A DNA stretch of 64,000 nucleotides from a virus: the IMG/VR virus record IMGVR_UViG_3300044632_001398, positions 10,302 to 74,301 of that record; one strand, written 5' to 3'. The position numbers and the translations under genes are program-made. Shown here one piece after another: positions 30,580-38,296 of the stretch (the stretch's first letter is position 1; each line of letters starts with the position of its first letter). Under the pieces are notes generated by a model. That model had not been told where the DNA came from. It saw only the letters and a program-made list of their open reading frames with translations, and searched no databases.

Positions 30580-32028
30580 ATGAAATCAGTATTAATTGCA
30601 AGTGATTTAATCAAAGATTTAAATGGTAATATAAAAGTAATTGAAACGAACACAAACGCGTCAGTATCTATAAATTGGAATTTATATGATTTTGCAAATT
30701 TGCAAGATTTTATCCAATCTAATAATTTTACAGAAGTTAATGGTATCGTTCCTCAAGTGGATAAACCATTTTCGGCTAAAATAAAAGAAATATGTGATTC
30801 AATTGGGATAACCTACGTTGAACATATAACAGTTAATGGTTCGATAACCGTTCCATTTATTGAAGATAATGAATCTACATTAATTATTAGACTTTCATAT
30901 GACACCACTGCAGTAGTGGACGACCAATATTGTAGAGACAAATTTGCATTACAAAAAGTAATTCACAATGAATCATTTGGTGTAAAAACATATATTCCGG
31001 TAGAAGTGGATGGAGTTACAATAGATGATTTTACCGAAATGGAAGACTTTGTTTATACTAACGACATACCAAATTTTATTGTAAAAAGTAGATATCCAAA
31101 TTATGATAAAGAAGTATATCCAAAGTTATACAAAGTAGAAAATTTAACACAATTAAATGAATTAAAATCTACAATTGAATCGGATTATTATTTACAAGAA
31201 TTTATTCAATCGGAATTAATAGATGGTAGAAGAAACATTATTAGAAGTTTAGATTTATTATATGGTTCTAATTTGGATACATTAAATATAGGTGGTTATA
31301 CTGTTTTAAACCAAATTGAAGAAACAATATGGAATAATACATGGGATGAGAATAATATGTTGGCCAAAAAAGATAGGCCAAAATATATAACACATACGGC
31401 AGGACATGACGATTCTTCACATGAATATGTTTATGATGTTGATCAGGATGTTGCAATGATGGATGGTAGTAGAAAAACATTTTATTCATTAATATTAGGT
31501 GATTCAATTAAATCATTACACATTCAAGGATTGGACTTAGATGAAAGTACATATCAATTACAATCATGGACTGGTACTTATTCGGATTTTATTGAAAATT
31601 TCAGTATTATATCCTCAGCTGTTGTTGCTACCAGAGAATCTCAACCCGTATCTCAATTATTTATTAAAATAACAATGGATGATGGAACTGAGTGGGATGA
31701 TGTAAAACTTTCACCATTATTGGTTAAGGATGGTGATGTTATTAAATTTAAAAGAGTAAATGATATGGCTATTGGTGATGTTATTATCACATATAATTTT
31801 GAATCATCGGAAGTAGAATTAAAAACCATTCAAAATATGGAAATTATATTTAAAGAAAACCAAATATTGGGTTCTTTAGATGTTGAACCGGTGGATTTGT
31901 ATCTACCTTTTGTATCTGCAAATTCAACAGTAATTCAACACAATCGATGCACCAAGGGATGTGCAAGTAATGCCTGTTTCGATTCTTTTGCATGTGGTAA
32001 TTGTAGTTTTTACGTTTGTAATAAATAA
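30580..32028 (+). CDS. Circularly permuted ATP-grasp-like domain + Hint domain + 27-aa Cys-rich C-terminal peptide
   Basis: SD..KD.NG.IKVIETNT near the N-terminus, FIVKSRYP, YLQEFI; Hint-like blocks VAMMDGSRK..LILGD, ITMDDG, NDMAIGD, LDVEP..IQHN; then RCTKGCASNACFDSFACGNCSFYVCNK. Confidence 0.7.
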   Translation: MKSVLIASDLIKDLNGNIKVIETNTNASVSINWNLYDFANLQDFIQSNNFTEVNGIVPQVDKPFSAKIKEICDSIGITYVEHITVNGSITVPFIEDNESTLIIRLSYDTTAVVDDQYCRDKFALQKVIHNESFGVKTYIPVEVDGVTIDDFTEMEDFVYTNDIPNFIVKSRYPNYDKEVYPKLYKVENLTQLNELKSTIESDYYLQEFIQSELIDGRRNIIRSLDLLYGSNLDTLNIGGYTVLNQIEETIWNNTWDENNMLAKKDRPKYITHTAGHDDSSHEYVYDVDQDVAMMDGSRKTFYSLILGDSIKSLHIQGLDLDESTYQLQSWTGTYSDFIENFSIISSAVVATRESQPVSQLFIKITMDDGTEWDDVKLSPLLVKDGDVIKFKRVNDMAIGDVIITYNFESSEVELKTIQNMEIIFKENQILGSLDVEPVDLYLPFVSANSTVIQHNRCTKGCASNACFDSFACGNCSFYVCNK

Positions 32029-32050
32029 AAAATAATTAAAAATAAAAAAT

Positions 32051-32164
32051 ATGGCACTTTTAGATAAAGAACAAATAGAATTAACAGTTGCAACAAAATT
32101 GCAAATTTCATCAGTTATTACAAGTATGGTAACTCTTATTAAGAGTGATATATTAAGTTCATAA
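32051..32164 (+). CDS. 37-aa Ser/Thr-rich peptide (absent from ORF track)
   Basis: MALLDKEQIELTVATKLQISSVITSMVTLIKSDILSS, with an A-rich leader; fills the gap after the Hint fusion. Confidence 0.6.
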   Translation: MALLDKEQIELTVATKLQISSVITSMVTLIKSDILSS

Positions 32165-32204
32165 AATATTTGGTAAAACCAATTATTTTTAATATATTCG
32201 TTAT

Positions 32205-32504
32205 ATGCCAATAGACGTAAAAGAAATTACCAAAGCTTGGATAGATTCTTACTTTGGAACAATCGAACAAAAAAACAGAGCAAACGATAGAAATGAAATC
32301 TGTCAACAATGCCCATCTTTAAAAGAATTTTTTAAACAACGCAAAAACATTTCCGTTCAACAATGTGGTGAATGTGGGTGTCCTATTTCTAAAAAAATAT
32401 GGTCATATAAATTTAATCCTTGCCCATTAGGTAAATGGGAAGATGTTGATAAAAAACACAAAAATCTATTTGATACTGAATTGAAAACTAAAAATACGAT
32501 TTAA
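32205..32504 (+). CDS. Small Cys-cluster (metal-binding) protein, DUF6171-like
   Basis: R..ICQQCP..CGECGC..K..CPLGKW. Confidence 0.7.
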   Translation: MPIDVKEITKAWIDSYFGTIEQKNRANDRNEICQQCPSLKEFFKQRKNISVQQCGECGCPISKKIWSYKFNPCPLGKWEDVDKKHKNLFDTELKTKNTI

Positions 32505-32870
32505 ATGAATGTTATAAATACAAACCCAAAACTATATATTAAATACATCGATAATATAAAGGGATTTGGTGTTTTTACTAATCAAAAAATTAAAAAGGGT
32601 GAATTAATTGAACAATGTTATTCCCTTTGTATTGATACTACGGTTAAAGGGTTTGATGCATATTGGTTTAGGTATAGAGGAGATAGTACATTGTTACCAC
32701 TTGGATTTGGTACGATTTATAATCATAGTAATACTCCAAATACTATATGGAAAATTATTGATGAAAACAAAAGAATTATAAACTTTTATGCAATTGATGA
32801 TATTGATATAGATTGTGAACTTTGTCATAATTACGGACCAGGGTATTTAAAACATATCCAATTAATATGA
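32505..32870 (+). CDS. SET-domain lysine methyltransferase
   Basis: KGFGVF..IKKGELI, IYNHSNTPN, A..DI..ELCHNYG. Confidence 0.85.
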   Translation: MNVINTNPKLYIKYIDNIKGFGVFTNQKIKKGELIEQCYSLCIDTTVKGFDAYWFRYRGDSTLLPLGFGTIYNHSNTPNTIWKIIDENKRIINFYAIDDIDIDCELCHNYGPGYLKHIQLI

Positions 32871-33400
32871 TTTATCAAAAAAAAATATTTTCTAAAGAGG
32901 AATGTGATATAATATTACAATTATCTGACACATTGGAATTTAGAGATGGAAAAACTAGATATAGTAAAGATAATATGCATGCCGACTTTGATGAATACTG
33001 GGTTTCGGATAATGAAAATGCTATATGGTTTATGGATAGAATAAAAGTGTTTGCCGAAAAAGAATTAAAAGTAAAATTAAAAAAGTTAAAATCCGATGTT
33101 GCAATTCTAAAATATAAAGAAGGACAGGGTATTGATATGCATATAGATTATAATCCCAAAAATGTGGATGTTAGAATGTATACTGTTGGTGTAATGCTGA
33201 ATACCGAATGGGAAGGAGGTGAATTTTTTATAAAGGATGTATCTAATGGAGAAGAAACGATGCTAATCAAAGAAATAGGAAATACATATATTTTTGATGC
33301 ATTTTCTCCTCATATAGTTAATAAAGTAACAAAGGGAGTAAGATGTGTATTGATTACTCATATATTAAATTCAGAAATTAAAAAAACAGATTTAATATGA
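32867..33400 (+). CDS. 2OG-Fe(II) oxygenase (P4H-like)
   Basis: FSKEEC, KY..G..HID, LN..EGGEF, H.V..V..G.R. Confidence 0.85.
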   Translation: MIYQKKIFSKEECDIILQLSDTLEFRDGKTRYSKDNMHADFDEYWVSDNENAIWFMDRIKVFAEKELKVKLKKLKSDVAILKYKEGQGIDMHIDYNPKNVDVRMYTVGVMLNTEWEGGEFFIKDVSNGEETMLIKEIGNTYIFDAFSPHIVNKVTKGVRCVLITHILNSEIKKTDLI

Positions 33401-33984
33401 TTTATCAAGAAAAAATATTTTCTAAAGAGGAATGTGAAAGAATATTATCATATACCAACATATATACTGATTTAGTGTTTAGAAGTAAAGAACCAAATAT
33501 TGATTTTGAAAAAAGAAGGGTAGAGCATATTACAAAACACACTAATGGTAAAAATATCGGAAAATTTTTTAATGTTTGGGATATTCGTCATGATGAAGAA
33601 ACACATTGGATGTTTGAAAAAATAATAAAATGGTTTTCTAATGTTTCAAAAATAGAACACAATTCAGATGGGTGGCCTGGCGGTTGTTCATTACATAAAT
33701 ACTCAAAGGGGGACTCATTTCAAAAACATATAGATTTAAATCAATCTTTCCCAGATAGAAGATGGAATTTAGGTATTCAATTAAACGACTCATATACTGG
33801 TGGTGAATATATATGTTATGATAATAACGATAATAAGATAATATTAAGTAAAGAAATTGGAACAGCAATAGCTTATAATTCTACAACTGAACATGAAATA
33901 ACGGAAATATTATCTGGTGAAAGGTGGTCTATTGTAATGCCAATAAGTAATAAAGTAATTTTAGAAAAAAAATCAATAATATGA
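33397..33984 (+). CDS. 2OG-Fe(II) oxygenase (P4H-like)
   Basis: FSKEEC, KY.KGD.F.KHID, LN..YTGGE, HEI..GERWS. Confidence 0.85.
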   Translation: MIYQEKIFSKEECERILSYTNIYTDLVFRSKEPNIDFEKRRVEHITKHTNGKNIGKFFNVWDIRHDEETHWMFEKIIKWFSNVSKIEHNSDGWPGGCSLHKYSKGDSFQKHIDLNQSFPDRRWNLGIQLNDSYTGGEYICYDNNDNKIILSKEIGTAIAYNSTTEHEITEILSGERWSIVMPISNKVILEKKSII

Positions 33985-34604
33985 TTTTAGAAAAAATAGA
34001 AATAGATAAAAATATTATTGTATATAAAGGAATAGTTGGTTTATTTGAATCCTTTAATAGAGAAGAATTTATTAAAAAAATAAAATATATTCAACATTTA
34101 TATCCGGATTTTACTAATTCTATGAATGAAAAATCACCTGGTAAACAATATCCAATTTTAGTAAATTTAGAAGAGACTAATTTTATTATTAATAAAGTAA
34201 AAACATCATTAAAAAATGAAATAAATACTCCAAGTGAATGTGTTATAAACAGTTGGGTTTATGTTAGTAGTAATAAAAATAAATATTCAGGATATCATTC
34301 ACATGAAAGTACAGGAGTACATCAAAATAATAAAACCGTTATGTTTGATACATCACACACATTCACATATTATGTTCAAATGCCAAATAATTTAAAAAAT
34401 GATGATGGATATTTATACTTTAAAACAAAAGATGGTACGGAATTTGGATTTTTACCAAAAGAAGATGAGGTTTGGATATTCCCAGGAGATTTAGAACATG
34501 ATGTTAAAACCAATACATCATCTACAAATGAAAGAATTGTAATTGCAAGTAATATGCATTTTTTTGATTATAATGATATTAAATTAGAAAAAAGTATATT
34601 ATAA
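33981..34604 (+). CDS. Putative 2OG-Fe(II) oxygenase (HxH type)
   Basis: SWV..YHSH..YYVQMP..G.L.F..IFPGDLEH..ERI.IA.N. Confidence 0.75.
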   Translation: MILEKIEIDKNIIVYKGIVGLFESFNREEFIKKIKYIQHLYPDFTNSMNEKSPGKQYPILVNLEETNFIINKVKTSLKNEINTPSECVINSWVYVSSNKNKYSGYHSHESTGVHQNNKTVMFDTSHTFTYYVQMPNNLKNDDGYLYFKTKDGTEFGFLPKEDEVWIFPGDLEHDVKTNTSSTNERIVIASNMHFFDYNDIKLEKSIL

Positions 34605-35323
34605 TGTCTATTTTAATAAATAATAACTTAATATGGGTATCTATACCAAGAAATGCAAGTCATTCTATTGAAAAGGCTATTGTAAATTCGGATGTAGAGA
34701 TAAAACATTGGAATAGATTGTATACAACAGAAAGTATTTTTAATAGAAATTGGTTGCATCAACATGTAAATAAAAACCAATTACAAATTGCATTTGGTAA
34801 TAAAGAAACGTTTTGTATAAAAAGAGATTTCAGTAATAGATGGATATCTTCACTGGAACACTTTTGGGATGTGTGTATTAAACACCACAAATTAACTCCT
34901 ATTATTAACTATGAAGACATAGATAATGATTTTATATACAATACTTTTAATACTACATTCAGTAATATTTTATATAATGATAATACGGGATTAATAAAAT
35001 GTACATCAATGTTAGTAAAACAATCTATGGAAGATGTATTAAATAATAATACTAGGTATGAGACTCAAAGACTTTCACACATTTTTGCATCACAAAATAA
35101 ATATTTAGATGGGGAAAAATGTACATATGAATTTGACATAAAAGAATTGGATAAATTTAAAACATTTTATGAAAATAGATATGATGTAAAAATAGATATA
35201 CCTCATGAAAATGTATCACCAAAAAAAATAAATAAAATAATATTAGATGATGATTTAAAAAATCATTTATGGGAAGTGTTTGAAAAACCATTTGCAAAAG
35301 ATAAAAAATATAATTTATTATAA
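34604..35323 (+). CDS. Sulfotransferase family 2-like protein
   Basis: WVSIPRNASHS (5'-PSB), H, KRD..RWISS (3'-PB), SQ..Y, H.N.S. Confidence 0.7.
   Translation: MSILINNNLIWVSIPRNASHSIEKAIVNSDVEIKHWNRLYTTESIFNRNWLHQHVNKNQLQIAFGNKETFCIKRDFSNRWISSLEHFWDVCIKHHKLTPIINYEDIDNDFIYNTFNTTFSNILYNDNTGLIKCTSMLVKQSMEDVLNNNTRYETQRLSHIFASQNKYLDGEKCTYEFDIKELDKFKTFYENRYDVKIDIPHENVSPKKINKIILDDDLKNHLWEVFEKPFAKDKKYNLL
35255..35311 (+). repeat. 57-bp direct repeat, copy 1 (copy 2 at 36574-36630)
   Basis: TTAAAAAATCATTTATGGGAAGT[G/A]TTTGAAAAACCATTTGCAAAAGATAAAAAATAT, 1 mismatch. Confidence 0.9.
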
Positions 35324-35352
35324 TACCCCCACCAACAACACAACTAAAATAA

Positions 35353-35925
35353 ATGTTATTTAATAATTTTTACAAAACAACCTACGATTTTAATTGGGAA
35401 GTATTAGAACCCATTTTAGAAAAAATGGTCAGTATAAAAAATCAAGACTATTTAGAAAAGGGTGATGTATTAACTTCTTTTAAAAATAAAATAAGTCCAT
35501 TAAATTTACCTGAACTTAAAGACTTTTATAGTTTTATATCACCAATTTATAGTGATGTATTAATTAATAAATGGAACTATCCAAAAGAAAATGAATATTT
35601 TATTAGTAATTCTTGGGTATCAAAATATGGAAATGGTGGTTTTATTGAAGAACACAATCATACCAACGTAATTGCAGTAATATGTGCATATTTACAAATT
35701 CCTGAAAATTCATCAAATATTTTATTTAGAGATCCAAATTATGATACAAAAATAAAATTATCAACAAAGGATGATAATTGGTTATGGAAAGAAATAGAAT
35801 CCAAAACAAACGAAATACTTATATTTGAAGGTGGGTGTTATCATAAAACTAATCCAAATAATAGTTTAATTCCTCGTTGGGTATTAACTACAAATATAAC
35901 AAAAAAAAATAAAAGTATAATATGA
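35353..35925 (+). CDS. Putative 2OG-Fe(II) oxygenase (TIGR02466-like)
   Basis: SWVSKY..GG..HNH..YL..P..FRDP..IF..H.T.PN..R..N. Confidence 0.8.
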   Translation: MLFNNFYKTTYDFNWEVLEPILEKMVSIKNQDYLEKGDVLTSFKNKISPLNLPELKDFYSFISPIYSDVLINKWNYPKENEYFISNSWVSKYGNGGFIEEHNHTNVIAVICAYLQIPENSSNILFRDPNYDTKIKLSTKDDNWLWKEIESKTNEILIFEGGCYHKTNPNNSLIPRWVLTTNITKKNKSII

Positions 35926-35947
35926 AATTAAACAAAATAAACACACT

Positions 35948-36571
35948 ATGAAAGGGAATGAACAAATAGAGGTTTTTGAAGAAAAAATTGAAATTCAAAA
36001 TACAAAAAACGATGGTAACAATGTCATTATGCACATTGGTGAAAAATATTTAATGACTAAACTTGCAGAAATTGTTACAAAAAACGGAGGTGACATATTA
36101 GAAATTGGATTTGGAATGCATTTATCTGCCGATGCTATACAATCAAATCCAAATGTGACATCACATACCATAATAGAAATTCATCCGGTTCAATATGAAA
36201 GAGCATTAGAATGGGCAAAGTTACAAAAAATAAAAACAACAGTTATATTAGGTGATTGGATTGAATTATTACCATTGACTAATATGAAGTTTGATGGAGT
36301 ATTACATGATACACATTTAGACCCGAATATACCTAAATTTTTAGATTATATAGTAGATAATTGTAAAAAAGGTACAATTGTGGGTTTTTTTGAATATCAA
36401 AAATTTGATTTAAGATTTAATGGATATAGAGTTACTATACCAAAAGAAGACTGGGAAACTATTCCATATAAAAATAACATATATTACAAAGATAATCAGC
36501 CTGAATTAAAATATACTACATTTAATGGTGATGATTTTTATAGTGAAAAAAAAATAAATAAACTATTATGA
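35948..36571 (+). CDS. Class I SAM methyltransferase, GAMT/Rmt2-like
   Basis: E..LM..LA..V..GGDILEIGFGM..S..I..HTIIE.HP..GDW..FDG..DT. Confidence 0.8.
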   Translation: MKGNEQIEVFEEKIEIQNTKNDGNNVIMHIGEKYLMTKLAEIVTKNGGDILEIGFGMHLSADAIQSNPNVTSHTIIEIHPVQYERALEWAKLQKIKTTVILGDWIELLPLTNMKFDGVLHDTHLDPNIPKFLDYIVDNCKKGTIVGFFEYQKFDLRFNGYRVTIPKEDWETIPYKNNIYYKDNQPELKYTTFNGDDFYSEKKINKLL

Positions 36572-36639
36572 TTTTAAAAAATCATTTATGGGAAGTATTT
36601 GAAAAACCATTTGCAAAAGATAAAAAATATTTAATTTAA
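36568..36639 (+). pseudogene. Minigene or deletion remnant carrying the C-terminus of a sulfotransferase paralog
   Basis: MILKNHLWEVFEKPFAKDKKYLI versus the end of 34604..35323 (LKNHLWEVFEKPFAKDKKYNLL). Confidence 0.65.
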
Positions 36640-36640
36640 A

Positions 36641-37207
36641 ATGGTAATCACTATTATCGCAGAACCAAGAACTGGGTCAACTAATTTAGGTAAATGGTTT
36701 CTGAACAATAAAGAATTCACAGTATTATTTGAACCATTAAATAAAACTAGTACAAATTATAAAAAAGGTGAATCAGTTTATCAATGGAAATATAATACTA
36801 ATCATTTTTTAATTAAGGAAATATATACACCAGATATATGTTTAACAGAATTGATACAATTTTCAGATAAAATCATAATACTTTATAGAGAAAATAAAAA
36901 AGAACAATTGGAATCTTGGTTAGTTGCCAGAGAAACCAATAATTGGCATGTAAAATGGAGTCATAATATGACAAGTGTGACAAATGGTAAAGAAAAAATA
37001 AAATATTTTAATTCACTAACAAATACATTCAAATTAAATTATATAAATAATCCTAATTATTTTAAAATTTCATATGAAGAATTATATTATAGTAATGGAT
37101 TTCAAAAAATAATAGATTATATAAATTTAGATTGTGTAAAAAATGAAAATTTTCCACAAGGTCAAAAATATAGAATATATGATAGTAAAACAACAAGTAT
37201 TATTTAG
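36641..37207 (+). CDS. Sulfotransferase-like P-loop protein
   Basis: IIAEPRTGST, FEP, LYREN..EQLES, ISYEELY. Confidence 0.75.
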   Translation: MVITIIAEPRTGSTNLGKWFLNNKEFTVLFEPLNKTSTNYKKGESVYQWKYNTNHFLIKEIYTPDICLTELIQFSDKIIILYRENKKEQLESWLVARETNNWHVKWSHNMTSVTNGKEKIKYFNSLTNTFKLNYINNPNYFKISYEELYYSNGFQKIIDYINLDCVKNENFPQGQKYRIYDSKTTSII

Positions 37208-37676
37208 TAAAGAAGAATGTGAATTGATTATAACTCTACCAAAAACAAATCAACAATATTGGGAATCAAAGGATAGAAGTTATAATTCACTTGTACTGCA
37301 GTATAACGAAAATACAGAGTGGATATTTAATAGATTGAAAAATTTTTTTGAATTAGAAACGGAAATAAAGATTTTTAAATTAAAACCATACATACATTTT
37401 CATAAATATGTAAGTGGGGATTGGTTTGGTAGACATAACGATATTAGAGGTGACAGAATTTCTGCAGTGGGTGTGTTACTGAATGATGATTTTAATGGTG
37501 GAGATTTCAAATTATACAATCCAACAGAAGTGATTTTAAATAAAGTGGTTGGAAACACATACATATTTGATGTTACAATTGACCACGAAATAACACCAAT
37601 TTTAAATGGTGAGAGATATTCATTACTTTGGTTTTTAGAAAGAGACAATATTAAATTTAATAATAAATTGATATAA
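37179..37676 (+). CDS. 2OG-Fe(II) oxygenase (P4H-like)
   Basis: FSKEEC, HKY..GD.F..HND, LNDDFNGGDF, HEITP..GERYS. Start inferred at ATG 37179. Confidence 0.85.
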   Translation: MIVKQQVLFSKEECELIITLPKTNQQYWESKDRSYNSLVLQYNENTEWIFNRLKNFFELETEIKIFKLKPYIHFHKYVSGDWFGRHNDIRGDRISAVGVLLNDDFNGGDFKLYNPTEVILNKVVGNTYIFDVTIDHEITPILNGERYSLLWFLERDNIKFNNKLI

Positions 37677-37677
37677 A

Positions 37678-38193
37678 ATGGATGATATTATACAATATAA
37701 AATAACTAAAGAAAAATTCATTAAAATTGAACATAAATCTCATTATAAATTAAAATATGTAGATTTAAATAATTATTTAGATTATACCGAAGATTTTAAT
37801 ATAATAATAGATTTATTGCATAAACAATTAAAATGGGACGGTATACCAACATTGGAAGAATGTTATCAAAGATTTAATTCTAATTCATTTTGTTTATTGT
37901 TTTATTATAATGAAAAATGTATAGGTTGGAATTGGGGTAATCCAAATGTAACTATTAATTGGATTGACATTGATAAAAAATTAAATAATAATGAATTGTA
38001 TTTAGGTGGATGTTTTGTTTCTAAATTAGTTGAAAGACCGGCAGACGCTGGTATTCAAAATTATAATATGTTTTTTGATTATTGTTTAAATATTTTAAAT
38101 CCAAATGTAATGTATGGATATTGTGACAATTGGAATAAGGCTGCAATAAGAATCAATATAAGTAATGGATGGGAACAGTTTAATTTTTTATAA
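37678..38193 (+). CDS. GNAT-like acetyltransferase
   Basis: CIGWNW..LYLGGCFV..R..G..YCDNWNKAAIR..GW. Confidence 0.6.
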   Translation: MDDIIQYKITKEKFIKIEHKSHYKLKYVDLNNYLDYTEDFNIIIDLLHKQLKWDGIPTLEECYQRFNSNSFCLLFYYNEKCIGWNWGNPNVTINWIDIDKKLNNNELYLGGCFVSKLVERPADAGIQNYNMFFDYCLNILNPNVMYGYCDNWNKAAIRINISNGWEQFNFL

Positions 38194-38202
38194 CATAATT
38201 TA

Positions 38203-38253
38203 ATGAGAATATTAATTATTGCAATCGGTAGAACAAAAAGAAAACTATTATAA
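38203..38253 (+). pseudogene. 16-aa minigene, probable collapsed sulfotransferase gene
   Basis: MRILIIAIGRT resembles the sulfotransferase start MVITIIAEPRT and is joined directly to a KRKLL end. Confidence 0.5.
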
Positions 38254-38296
38254 ATTTTATTTGATTTTTTATTAGATTTTCACTATATTAATAGTA

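Noticed and set aside
31429-31944. Hint domain as a true splicing intein
   Set aside because: No Cys/Ser at position 1, no block-B TxxH, and the +1 residue is Arg, so splicing is not supported; only C-terminal cleavage is plausible.
31945-31956. Released peptide start RCTK resembling histone H3 ARTK, near a SET gene
   Set aside because: Only two residues match; indistinguishable from chance.
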